From positions 96,001-160,000 of the forward strand of contig CAXWPH010000002.1 in the NCBI GenBank assembly GCA_963666055.2: a stretch of DNA of 64,000 nucleotides, in the 5' to 3' direction. Positions 50,272-59,399 of this stretch are shown piece by piece; positions within the stretch are counted from its first letter, which is position 1; each line of letters opens with the position of its first letter. The DNA is from Acidobacteriota bacterium. GTDB lineage: Bacteria > Acidobacteriota > UBA890 > WLXD01. The position numbers and the translations under genes are program-made. The notes under the pieces were generated by a model that saw nothing but the letters and a program-made list of their open reading frames with translations, was not told the DNA's origin and ran no database searches.

Positions 50272-50910
50272 TCAGCTCGTCTGTGGCGCCTTCAGAGCTG
50301 CCTTGCGGTTCCGGTAAAGCTGCTGGTCCACGACCGCAGCCATCGCCTCGGCGTCCAGCCCGTACTCGAGGAATTCATCGATCACGCCAACAAACCTGGC
50401 TGGATCCTCGAGCGCGTCCTTGTAGTGCACCTCGATCATCTGGAAGTTGGGGCGATCGCGCACCAGGAACTGGACCTGCACCAGATGTCGCAGGAAGAAC
50501 TGTTTCGTTTGCAGATCGTCGAGCGGATTGTCTTCGGCGCGCCGCTCGAGCATCTTGTTCTGCGATGCCACGACCTCGTCGAGGTCGCGACGCATGAAGA
50601 TCACCTTGTAGAAGTGCTCCGCCGGCAAGTCTTTGAGCAAGTGCGAGATGACCTTCAAGACCTTGCCGCGCGCCTCGCCGACCCACGACTTATCGGTCTC
50701 GCTTTCGAGGTCCTTGACGCGCTCGTGCTCGTAGTAGCCCTTGGGGTTGTCGACATCGGCGGCGCGCTCGTTGTCCGTGAGGATGGGCAGTCCGGCGGCA
50801 TCGAGCATGCGCATCATCATCGAGGTGCCGGAACGCGGTAGCCCGGACACGATGATTACCTCGTCGCCGTACTTGCGACGGCGGAGAGCTCTCTTGAGCG
50901 AAGTCAGCAA
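50272..50910 (-). CDS. Sulfotransferase family protein
   Basis: IIVSGLPRSGTSMMM PAPS-binding loop, DNPKGYYE, VIFMRR; probable TTG start at 50910. Confidence 0.85.
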   Translation of the reverse strand: MLTSLKRALRRRKYGDEVIIVSGLPRSGTSMMMRMLDAAGLPILTDNERAADVDNPKGYYEHERVKDLESETDKSWVGEARGKVLKVISHLLKDLPAEHFYKVIFMRRDLDEVVASQNKMLERRAEDNPLDDLQTKQFFLRHLVQVQFLVRDRPNFQMIEVHYKDALEDPARFVGVIDEFLEYGLDAEAMAAVVDQQLYRNRKAALKAPQTS

Positions 50911-51049
50911 GGGAATCTCTCGGCACGCAGGAGTGGATGATCGGGTCATTGTAGCAAGGCGACCACTCTGGCCCTTGCGGCGCCGGCGCCCATCTTTCGC
51001 GGTGGCGGGGCACGTCAGGGACCGCATCGTTACGTGTACACTGCGGCCT

Positions 51050-52231
51050 ATGAAATGGGCCTCGTTCTTGTCGGAGGAAGCCTGTCTCGACGTCGCCGTG
51101 CAACAGGCGTCCGGCGAGATCGATCGGGCTCTGGGGGGCCGCCAGCCCGACTTGCTATTGCTCTTTGCCTCCGATCATCACGCCGATGACTATCCGGAGG
51201 TGCCTCAGGAGGTCCGGCGATACTTCCCATCCGCACGCTTCTTGGGTTGCTCCGGTGGCGGGGTAGTGGGCGGTGGGCGCGAGATCGAGCATGCTCCCGC
51301 GCTGTCGATGACCGCCGCCGTCCTCCCGGATGTACGCATCGAACCTTTTCACCTCGACTCTGACGAGAGCGACCAATTGATCGAGGAGCCCCAGCGGTGG
51401 CACCGGTGCCTCGACGTTGACATGTCCCGGCCGGCGCACTTCGTGCTGCTGGCGGACCCCTTCAGCTGCGATGCGCGCGGGCTACTGGCCTCGCTCGACT
51501 CGGTGTATCCGGAGAGTCGCAAAGTGGGTGGGCTGGCCAGCGGAGCGAGCCGGCCTGGCGACAACGCACTGTTCATCGATGACGACGTGCGGACCGAGGG
51601 CGTTGCCGGCCTGTTGCTCAACGGTGACATCGCCATGGACACGATCGTTGCGCAGGGCTGCCGACCGATCGGTCCGCTGCTGTTCATCACCAGCGCGGTA
51701 CGCAATCGAATTCTCGAGCTTGACGGAAGACGTCCGACGGAGCTGCTCGGTGAGCTGTACGACGAGCTGTCGGTTGCAGACCGGAAACTCTTTCGACACT
51801 CATTGTTCATCGGCGTGGTGATGACGGAGGGGCGCTCGGCCTATTCGCGTGGCGACTTCCTGGTGCGCAATCTGGTGGGCGTGGAGCCCGAGACTGGCGT
51901 CATCACGGTTGGCGAGCTCGTGCAGCCGGGGCAGGTAGTGCAGTTTCACCTGCGTGATGCCGACACATCGGCAGAGGATCTCGATGCTCTGCTGCGCGAA
52001 TACAAGAACAGCAATGGTGCGACGCCCGACGGAGCGCTGCTGTTCTCTTGCCTGGGTCGCGGCGAGACACTCTACGGGGAGCCTGATCACGACAGCCGCA
52101 TGATCAATAGCCGCCTGGGTGACATGCCCATTGGTGGTTTTTTTTGCAGTGGCGAGATCGGCCCGGTTGACTGCCGCACGTTCGTACATGGTTACACCAG
52201 CTCGATCGCCCTGTTCCGGCAGGAGAGCTGA
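51050..52231 (+). CDS. FIST N/C domain signal transduction protein
   Basis: LGCSGGGVVG, LLADPF, VGGLASG, VAQGCRPIG, QFHLRDA, LFSCLGRG, GFFCSGEIGP, HGYTS. Confidence 0.92.
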   Translation: MKWASFLSEEACLDVAVQQASGEIDRALGGRQPDLLLLFASDHHADDYPEVPQEVRRYFPSARFLGCSGGGVVGGGREIEHAPALSMTAAVLPDVRIEPFHLDSDESDQLIEEPQRWHRCLDVDMSRPAHFVLLADPFSCDARGLLASLDSVYPESRKVGGLASGASRPGDNALFIDDDVRTEGVAGLLLNGDIAMDTIVAQGCRPIGPLLFITSAVRNRILELDGRRPTELLGELYDELSVADRKLFRHSLFIGVVMTEGRSAYSRGDFLVRNLVGVEPETGVITVGELVQPGQVVQFHLRDADTSAEDLDALLREYKNSNGATPDGALLFSCLGRGETLYGEPDHDSRMINSRLGDMPIGGFFCSGEIGPVDCRTFVHGYTSSIALFRQES

Positions 52232-52234
52232 GGC

Positions 52235-53011
52235 GTGGGCCCGTCGCCGACCGGGACGCTGCTGGTGGCGTTGTGCTGCAGCGCCAGCGCCACACAGGCG
52301 ACGCTGTCCATCGAGTACATCGCTCACGCCAGCTTCTTGATCGAGTCGCCGGGTGGCGCCCGCATCCTGGTGGATCCGTTCGCCAGCCGTGTGTGGATCG
52401 GCTACGACTTTCCCGAGGGCCTGCATCCCGACGCGGTCGTGATCACCCATCCGCACTATGATCACGATGCCGGGCGGTTCCGTGGCTCGCCGTTCCCGTG
52501 GCCTGAGGCGCGCATCTTCGACGCCCCCGGCGAGTTCATGGTCGACGACGTTCGCGTGATCGGGCTGCGCGGAAAGCACGCCGATCCGTACGGCGAGGAG
52601 TTCGGCCAGCGCAACACGATCTGGGTGATCGAGACGGCCGGTCTCCGAATCGCACACATCGGCGACAACGGCCCGCTGACACGCGACAACGTTCGCGATC
52701 TCGGCACCATCGACATTCTCATGTTGCCGATCGATGCCCAGTACCACATCCTGGCGCGCGAGGAGGCCGCCGCGCTCGTTACGGCGGTGCAACCACGGCA
52801 CCTGGTACCGATGCACTATCGGCTGCCGGAGCTGGAGCCGGACCCCGACTCGCCCGCTGACCTCGGCACCATCGACCCCTGGCTGCAGGGCCGCGCCGGA
52901 GTTGTGCGGCTCGGTTCCCACCGGTGGCAGGTGGGGCTCGACACGCTGCTCCCGGCCGGCAGCACGGTCGTCTTCGAGCCTTCGCCGCGGGTGGCGCGGC
53001 CAGCGCGCTAG
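52235..53011 (+). CDS. MBL-fold metallo-hydrolase, secreted
   Basis: AHASFLI, ILVDPF, ITHPHYDH, AHIGD, VPMHY. Confidence 0.88.
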   Translation: MGPSPTGTLLVALCCSASATQATLSIEYIAHASFLIESPGGARILVDPFASRVWIGYDFPEGLHPDAVVITHPHYDHDAGRFRGSPFPWPEARIFDAPGEFMVDDVRVIGLRGKHADPYGEEFGQRNTIWVIETAGLRIAHIGDNGPLTRDNVRDLGTIDILMLPIDAQYHILAREEAAALVTAVQPRHLVPMHYRLPELEPDPDSPADLGTIDPWLQGRAGVVRLGSHRWQVGLDTLLPAGSTVVFEPSPRVARPAR

Positions 53012-53094
53012 GGCATCGCCAGCGTCAGGCCGCCTTGCATCTAACCCCAGCTCGCCGAAACCAGGCCCGTCACACTTCCGCCACGGCCTGCTAG
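53008..53094. repeat. 87-bp CTAG-to-CTAG sub-module of MITE family A
   Basis: Its reverse complement aligns along the full length with 49990-50076, which ends at an internal CTAG. Confidence 0.8.
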
Positions 53095-53822
53095 GGGTCG
53101 GAGTCGAACGGTGCTCCCAGTGCTGCCGCGAACGCGCGGATGCGGGCCGCGTTCGCTCCCAGATCACTGCGGCCGACGCGCGACGTCGAGCGTACGTCAA
53201 CTACCGACCCCGACGAGACCGGGCGGACGCGCACGACGAAATCCTCTACGAAGGCAAAAACACTCGATACCGCATAGGCCTCGATGTGGCCGTCGGCACG
53301 GTTACTGAAGGCAATGGTAAGGCCGATCTCCTCCGCTGCCCGAATGGCGGCCGCGTGAGCCGCGCCGGGGTCGAGGTCGAGCTCGATGGGTCGCAAGTCG
53401 GGATAAGCGCGTCGTTGCTCGACGATGACCTCGGCGCCGCCCTGCGGATAGGTCAAGTCGCGGCTCGCGTTATCGTCGTGGTCGAGGGCGACACGGTATG
53501 CGGGCGCATCGTCGGGTGACGTGGTGATGTCGTGAATCGGCGGCGCGTTCATCTGCAGGCGGGCGGCCACCAGCGCAATGATCAGCACTGTGCCGCCGAA
53601 GAGTCCGCGTCGGCCTGCCGCCGGCGACCGCGAATCCTTTCGTGCCCGGCGCCACGCCAGCAGGCCGAGGGCGATGCTGAGCAGGCCCCCCAGGGCCCAA
53701 GTCAGCACGAAGACTCCGAACCCGCTTAGCGGCCTGGCGGCGCCGACATGGATTGCTGCTACTGCGCCCCCCATGATGCCGACGGTAACGATGGGGGAGT
53801 ATGCTGCACTCCGCATCAACAT
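53091..53822 (-). CDS. DUF1499 domain membrane protein
   Basis: PPIHDITT, QRRAYPDLRP, GHIEA, FVEDFVVRV, VDVRSTSRVGRSDLGANAARI. Confidence 0.88.
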   Translation of the reverse strand: MLMRSAAYSPIVTVGIMGGAVAAIHVGAARPLSGFGVFVLTWALGGLLSIALGLLAWRRARKDSRSPAAGRRGLFGGTVLIIALVAARLQMNAPPIHDITTSPDDAPAYRVALDHDDNASRDLTYPQGGAEVIVEQRRAYPDLRPIELDLDPGAAHAAAIRAAEEIGLTIAFSNRADGHIEAYAVSSVFAFVEDFVVRVRPVSSGSVVDVRSTSRVGRSDLGANAARIRAFAAALGAPFDSDP

Positions 53823-54030
53823 TCCTTGCTCCCGAAGTGCCGGCAGGTGCGCCGTAGATGAGTCCCAGAGACCTCATCGGCCTGCTCTCGAGCTCCTCTG
53901 AATCCGACTTCGACGAGACGGTCCGCCGGTACTGCCAGCCGGCTGTTGGGGTAGGCATCGTACAAGACCCTGTACCGGCGCAGGATGCGCACGTCCCTAC
54001 TAGGCTACTCGACTCAGGTAGACTCTCGTG

Positions 54031-54954
54031 ATGGCCGAAGATCGCAAGGAGCTCGTGGCGATCGTCGCGGCGAGGGAGGATGAGCTCGCGCCGCTGCGCG
54101 AGCGTGTGCTCGTTTCCGAGAAGATCAAAGATGGGCCCCGCTACTACCTACGGGGCACGCTGCGCGGAGTGCAGGTCGTGCTCGCGGTTACCGGCGACGG
54201 CAAGCGCAACGCCGATCTCGGAATCCGACGGTTGATCCAGATGTGCGCGCCGACGCGCGTCCTGGCTGTCGGGTTGGGAGGCGCGCTCTCGACAGACCTT
54301 GCGGTTGGCGACCTGGTGGTCTCCAGCGAAGTGATGGAGGGAGAACACACACTCGCCTGTCCGGATCTGCAGTGGCTGGAGGAAGCGTCGATTCATCTGG
54401 ATTATGACCTCGGGCGGCTGGTTACCGTCGACGAGATCTTGGCGACACCATCGAGCAAGTCGGAGTGGTACGGGCGGACATGGCGCGACCAGCCCGCTGC
54501 TGCCGACATGGAGTCCGCCTGCTTCGCCAGAGTGGCCGTAGCCTACAACCTGCCATACCTGATCGCGCGGGCTATCAGCGACGCTGCCGACGAGGTGCTA
54601 CCAGAGTTCCTCGAGGACTGCCGCGCGCAGGACGGCAGCATCGACAAGCGTCAGGTGTTTTGGAAGACGCTCTGGCGACCACGCTCGTGGGGCAACATCG
54701 TACGCTTGCGCTCGCGCATGCGGCGGTGCGCTAGCACGCTGGCCGATTTCGCCGAAGGGATTGGTTGCTGCGTTAGCCTAGCTGCGTTCCCCTCACTGGG
54801 CGCGTTGCCAGCGTCCGCCATTGACATGCCCCGAGGTGTCAAGGACACTCGGAACCCTATGCCCTCAGTGCGGTGCGCTGGTCTTGAACGCGGCGCGCCT
54901 GCCTCTTGTGCGTCGCCGTTGCCGGCGCCGATGCCGCGTTGCGAGTACGCATGA
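54031..54954 (+). CDS. Nucleoside phosphorylase (PNP/MTA-SAH nucleosidase fold), HpnG-like; C-terminus probably frameshift-extended (likely native stop 54779-54781)
   Basis: VTGDGKRNA, VGLGGAL..DLAVGDLV, ADMESA, RAISD; C-terminal helix similar to hopanoid-associated phosphorylases; adjacent to the isoprenoid operon. Confidence 0.75.
   Translation: MAEDRKELVAIVAAREDELAPLRERVLVSEKIKDGPRYYLRGTLRGVQVVLAVTGDGKRNADLGIRRLIQMCAPTRVLAVGLGGALSTDLAVGDLVVSSEVMEGEHTLACPDLQWLEEASIHLDYDLGRLVTVDEILATPSSKSEWYGRTWRDQPAAADMESACFARVAVAYNLPYLIARAISDAADEVLPEFLEDCRAQDGSIDKRQVFWKTLWRPRSWGNIVRLRSRMRRCASTLADFAEGIGCCVSLAAFPSLGALPASAIDMPRGVKDTRNPMPSVRCAGLERGAPASCASPLPAPMPRCEYA
54821..54849 (+). promoter_or_regulatory. 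Candidate promoter/operator of the mevalonate operon
   Basis: TTGACA-N10-TGTCAA inverted repeat (54821-54842); TTGACA is followed 17 nt later by GACACT. Confidence 0.5.
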
Positions 54955-55997
54955 GCAGTACCGACTCACCGGCCGCCAAGCCACCGGCCGAGCGCGACCG
55001 CAAAGCCGAGCACATCCAGCTGGCGCTCGAAGAGCGTATGCAGCACGGCAGTCGCGGCTTCGACGCTTGGCGGCTCGAGCATTGCGCCCTTCCCGAGCTC
55101 GACCTGGCCGAGGTCGACCTCAGCACCGAATTCCTCGGCAAGCAGCTGGCGGCGCCGCTCCTTATCTCCTGCATGACCGGTGGCACCGCTGACGCGGCCC
55201 GAATCAACCGCAACTTGGCCATCGGCGCCGAGCGGGCCGGTGTTGCGGTTGGCGTGGGGTCGCAGCGCAAGGCGCTGGAGGATCCTACGCTCCAAGCCAC
55301 CTTCCAGGTTCGTGAGTACGCTCCCACGGTCCCCCTGCTGGCCAATCTAGGGGCGGTGCAATTGAACTGCGGGTACGGCGTCGCCGAGTGCCGGGCGGCC
55401 GTTCATATGATCGATGCCGACGCTCTCGTGTTGCACCTGAACCCTCTGCAGGAGGCGATTCAGCCCGAGGGCGATGTCAACTTCGCCAACCTGTTGCCGA
55501 AGATCGGCGCGATTGTTGGTCAACTCGAGGTACCGGTCATCGTCAAGGAGATCGGCATGGGCATATCGCTGTCGGTGGCCGAGCGCCTCGCTGAAGCCGG
55601 CGTCCGTATCATCGACACTGCGGGGCATGGGGGCACCAACTGGGCGCGCATCGAAGCGCAGCGTGCCGACGACCTCGAGCTCGGTGCGACGTTCGCCGAG
55701 TGGGGAATTCCAACGCCCGACAGCATCCGCGCCGTCGCCAGCGTGCCGGGAGTCACCGTCATTGGCAGCGGCGGGGTCCGTACTGGAATCGACGTGGCCA
55801 AGGCGGTAGCGCTCGGCGCTGACATGGTCGGCCTGGCGTATCCGTTCCTCAAAGCGGCGCTGGAGTCAGCCGCTGCCGTCGTGGCGCGGATCGACCGTAC
55901 CTTGACGGAGCTCAGGGTGTCGATGTTCTGCGCCGGCATCCGTACAGTGGCCGATCTGCGTGCCGCAAGTCTGATCGAGCGAGCGACTCGGCGATGA
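54951..55997 (+). CDS. fni: Type 2 isopentenyl-diphosphate delta-isomerase (FMN-dependent)
   Basis: RKAEHI, ISCMTGG, VGSQR, ANLGAVQL, HLNPLQEAIQPEGD, VKEIG, GGTNW, SGGVRTG. Confidence 0.96.
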   Translation: MSSTDSPAAKPPAERDRKAEHIQLALEERMQHGSRGFDAWRLEHCALPELDLAEVDLSTEFLGKQLAAPLLISCMTGGTADAARINRNLAIGAERAGVAVGVGSQRKALEDPTLQATFQVREYAPTVPLLANLGAVQLNCGYGVAECRAAVHMIDADALVLHLNPLQEAIQPEGDVNFANLLPKIGAIVGQLEVPVIVKEIGMGISLSVAERLAEAGVRIIDTAGHGGTNWARIEAQRADDLELGATFAEWGIPTPDSIRAVASVPGVTVIGSGGVRTGIDVAKAVALGADMVGLAYPFLKAALESAAAVVARIDRTLTELRVSMFCAGIRTVADLRAASLIERATRR

Positions 55998-57247
55998 CTG
56001 ACGCTGCCGAGCCGGTCGACCAGGGCACCCTCGTAGACGAGATCGTAGCCGGCACCCGGCGCTTCCATCACCTGCCGTCCGAGCTCGGCGCCGCTGAGGC
56101 TGCGGCCATTCGACGACAGGCGCTCGAGCGCCTGGCCGGAGTAAATCTGACACATACCGGCAAGTACTCATTCGACGCCGCGCGCGCCGCCGACAGCCAT
56201 TGCGAGAATCTGATCGGTGTGACGCAGGTGCCGGTCGGTGTAGCAGGGCCACTACTCGTGCGGGGTGATTATATCGACGGTGAGGTCTACGTCCCTCTGG
56301 CTACGACGGAGGGAGCGCTCGTCGCCAGCATTAACCGGGGCTGTGCGGCCATCCGCGCGGCCGGCGGGGCCGCCGTGTACGTGGAGGACGTCGGCATGAC
56401 CCGGGCGCCGGTGTTTCGCTCCAGCGGGCTGGCGCAGACACGTGAGTTCCTCCGCTGGGTTACCGACAACGAGGATGAGATCCGCTCCGTGGCAGAGGGC
56501 ACGAGCCGCTTCCTGCAGCTGGTGGATATCCGCCCCTATGCTTTCGGTACCACGATCTTCCTGCGCTTCAGGTTTCGCTCGGGCGATGCCATGGGAATGA
56601 ACATGGCAACCATCGCCTGCGATCAGCTAGTGCGCGAGTTGATCGAGCCGGCGACCGGGGTACCCTGCGTTGCTCTTTCCGGAAACTACTGTACCGACAA
56701 GAAACCCGCGGCGATCAACTTCCAGGAAGGCCGCGGCAAGCGCATACACGCGCAGGTCAGACTCGACGCCGATGTGCTGGCGCGCCTGAAGACGAGCGCG
56801 GCCGAGCTGCTCGAGGTGCAGTATCGCAAGAACCTGCTGGGCTCGATTGCTGCCGGTTCGATAGGTTTCAATGCCCACGTCGCCAACGTTCTCGCGGCGG
56901 TGTTTCTCGCTACTGGACAGGATCCGGCGCATGTAGTGGAAGGGTCGATGGGAATCACCTCTATCGAGCCTGGCGACGAGGGTGGCGTGGTGGCATCGAT
57001 GTACCTGCCTGCTGTTCCGCTGGCGGCGATCGGCGGTGGTACTGCGCTCGACACACAACGCGAGGCGCTTGCTGTGCTCGGCGTTGCTGCAGAGCCGGAC
57101 CGGCCTGGTGTCGCGGTGCTGCGATTAGCCGAGATCCTCGGCGCCGCCGTCCTCGCAGGCGAGCTGTCGTTGCTGGCCGCTCTTACCTCTCAGGACCTCG
57201 CCGGCGCCCACAAGCGGCTGGGGCGGCGCGCCCGGCCCGGCAGCTAG
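55994..57247 (+). CDS. hmgA: Class I (NADPH) HMG-CoA reductase
   Basis: CENLIG, PLATTEGALVASINRG, GMTRAP, GDAMGMNM, SGNYCTDKKPAAIN, GQDPAH, LAGELSL. Confidence 0.96.
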   Translation: MTDAAEPVDQGTLVDEIVAGTRRFHHLPSELGAAEAAAIRRQALERLAGVNLTHTGKYSFDAARAADSHCENLIGVTQVPVGVAGPLLVRGDYIDGEVYVPLATTEGALVASINRGCAAIRAAGGAAVYVEDVGMTRAPVFRSSGLAQTREFLRWVTDNEDEIRSVAEGTSRFLQLVDIRPYAFGTTIFLRFRFRSGDAMGMNMATIACDQLVRELIEPATGVPCVALSGNYCTDKKPAAINFQEGRGKRIHAQVRLDADVLARLKTSAAELLEVQYRKNLLGSIAAGSIGFNAHVANVLAAVFLATGQDPAHVVEGSMGITSIEPGDEGGVVASMYLPAVPLAAIGGGTALDTQREALAVLGVAAEPDRPGVAVLRLAEILGAAVLAGELSLLAALTSQDLAGAHKRLGRRARPGS

Positions 57248-57258
57248 ACGGTCGCCTG

Positions 57259-58377
57259 ATGGAAGCGGCGCGGTTGCCCGAAGGGCGCTTGCTGACGCGC
57301 GTCTCGACGCCTGGAAAGCTCATCCTCATGGGCGAACATGCGGTCGTCTACGGTCGGCCGGCGCTGGTGGCGGCCACTAGCCTGCGCCTACGGGTCTACC
57401 TATACCGCGCACAGCGGGCCGGCGTGGAAGTGGAGTTGCCGGAGCTCCAGTTCCAAAACCACGTTTCTTGGCAAGAGATCTGGCGCTATGCGAGCCGAAT
57501 GCGGCAGCGGTGGGACCGCTACGACACGAGCCTGACGCCGGAGGTGTTCGCTCGCCTTCAGGACGACCGCCCCGACCGGTTGGTGCTGCTGGCACTGGGC
57601 GAGGCAATCACGGCGCTCGGTGAGGATCCCGGCGCGAAGGACCATCCGCTGAGCGCGCTGCGGCTTCGGGTGGACTCGGCGGTCCCAATGGAGGTCGGCT
57701 TTGGGAGCTCCGCCGCCACCGCCGTGGCAGTGGTAACAGCGGTTTGTGCGCTCTCTGGTAAGGCGGAGAGGTGGTCACTGATTGGGCCGATCGTGGGCGA
57801 GGTGGAGCGCCGGCAGCATGGCGCGCCGTCTGGGGTGGATGTCGCGGCCGTGTTTCACGGCGGTGTGTTGCGCGCTCGCCGCGGCGGCGAAGAGCTATTG
57901 ATCGAGCCGCTGGCGGCGCGCCCTGACACCCTGCAGCGGCTGCGGGTGTTCGACACGGGTCGCTCGGCCGAGCCGACCGGCGCGGTGGTCGCGGCAGTAC
58001 GGGCGCAACACGACCGCCACCCAGCCAGCTTCGAGGCGTCGCTGGACGCTGCCGAATCCGCAACCCGGGCCTTCCAGGACGCGGTTACCGCATCAGCTGA
58101 CCAGATCGACCTGGTGCCACCGATCCGCGATGCTCAGCGCTACCTGGAGTCTCTCGGTGTGGTGCCCGAGCCAGTATGCGACGCCGTCCGCGCTGTCGAA
58201 GCTCTGGGCGGCGCCGCCAAGATCTCCGGTTCGGGTTCGCTCGCGGGGCCAGGGGCCGGCTCTTTGTTGGTATTGTTGCCTGCTGGGATCGAGAATCTCC
58301 CAGAGCCGCTGGCGAGGCTTCCGGAGCACGAAGTGTCGCTGGGCGCGGAGGGTGTGCGCGTAGAGGTGGCGTCATGA
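57259..58377 (+). CDS. mvk: Mevalonate kinase (GHMP family)
   Basis: PGKLILMGEHAVVYG, P.EVGFGSSAA, HGAPSGVD, AKISGSG. Confidence 0.88.
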   Translation: MEAARLPEGRLLTRVSTPGKLILMGEHAVVYGRPALVAATSLRLRVYLYRAQRAGVEVELPELQFQNHVSWQEIWRYASRMRQRWDRYDTSLTPEVFARLQDDRPDRLVLLALGEAITALGEDPGAKDHPLSALRLRVDSAVPMEVGFGSSAATAVAVVTAVCALSGKAERWSLIGPIVGEVERRQHGAPSGVDVAAVFHGGVLRARRGGEELLIEPLAARPDTLQRLRVFDTGRSAEPTGAVVAAVRAQHDRHPASFEASLDAAESATRAFQDAVTASADQIDLVPPIRDAQRYLESLGVVPEPVCDAVRAVEALGGAAKISGSGSLAGPGAGSLLVLLPAGIENLPEPLARLPEHEVSLGAEGVRVEVAS

Positions 58378-59399
58378 GCCGCAGCGCCACCGTCGAAGCA
58401 CCCTCCAATATCGCGTTTGTGAAGTACTGGGGTGCCGCTGACCTGGAGAAGGCCATCCCGCTCAACGCTTCGATCTCGATGTCGTTGCGGGCGTGCGTCA
58501 CACGGACGAGCGTCGAGACGCTCGCGGCCGGCGCCGACGACCAGATCTGGATGCGCGTCGACGGCCAATGGCGTCGCGCCGAAGGAGCGTTCCGGCATCG
58601 CGCAGCGGCACATCTGGAAGGTCTGCGGCGTTGGGCCAAAGTCGACGTGGGCTTTCGGGTCGCTACCGAGAACAGCTTTCCTGCCGCCGCCGGTATCGCC
58701 TCGTCGGCTTCCGGCTTCGCCGCCCTCACCCTGGCGGTGCTGGCGGCGCTCGAGCGGGAGCCGGCAGGTGATGAGCTATCGAATTTGGCGCGGTTGTCTG
58801 GCTCAGGCTCCGCGTCGCGGTCGGTTTTCGGCGGCTACGTGCAGTGGCCGCACGGCGACGAGGCAGACCCGTGGCGCGCCGCACCGCTGGCGACGGCCTC
58901 GCATTGGGACCTGCGCGACGTAATCGCGATTGTGCAAACCGGTCCCAAGGCGGTGTCGTCTCTCGAGGGGCACGCCCGGGCCCCCACCAGCCCCCATTTC
59001 GCACGCCGGCAGGAGCTCATCCCGTCGCGTCTTCAACGGGTGCGCGACGCCATCGAGGCGCGCGACCTGGACCAACTCGGTCCGGTCGTCGAGGAAGACG
59101 CGATTGAGCTCCACCTGGTAGCGATGTCCTCGCAGCCTCCGATCTTCTACTGGCAGCCGGCGACGCTTCGCGTGCTGCACCACGTTCGCACCCTGCGGAG
59201 CGGTGGAACGTCGGCGTGGGCAACAATGGACGCCGGAGCTAACGTGCATGTGATTTGCTCCGCCGACGACGAGGCAGACGTCGCCGCCGGGTTGGAAGCG
59301 CTCGATGGTGTCCAGAGTGTGATCCGCGACGGCGTGGGCTCGGGACCACGGACCCTGCCGGTATCGCTGCTCGATGCTCTGGATCGAGCGCAGCCATGA
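58374..59399 (+). CDS. mvaD: MvaD-family decarboxylase, probably mevalonate-5-phosphate decarboxylase
   Basis: NIAFVKYWG, NASIS, NSFPAAAGIASSASGFAAL, GSGSASRS, SSLEGH, TMDAGANVH; followed by ipk. Confidence 0.9.
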   Translation: MSRSATVEAPSNIAFVKYWGAADLEKAIPLNASISMSLRACVTRTSVETLAAGADDQIWMRVDGQWRRAEGAFRHRAAAHLEGLRRWAKVDVGFRVATENSFPAAAGIASSASGFAALTLAVLAALEREPAGDELSNLARLSGSGSASRSVFGGYVQWPHGDEADPWRAAPLATASHWDLRDVIAIVQTGPKAVSSLEGHARAPTSPHFARRQELIPSRLQRVRDAIEARDLDQLGPVVEEDAIELHLVAMSSQPPIFYWQPATLRVLHHVRTLRSGGTSAWATMDAGANVHVICSADDEADVAAGLEALDGVQSVIRDGVGSGPRTLPVSLLDALDRAQP

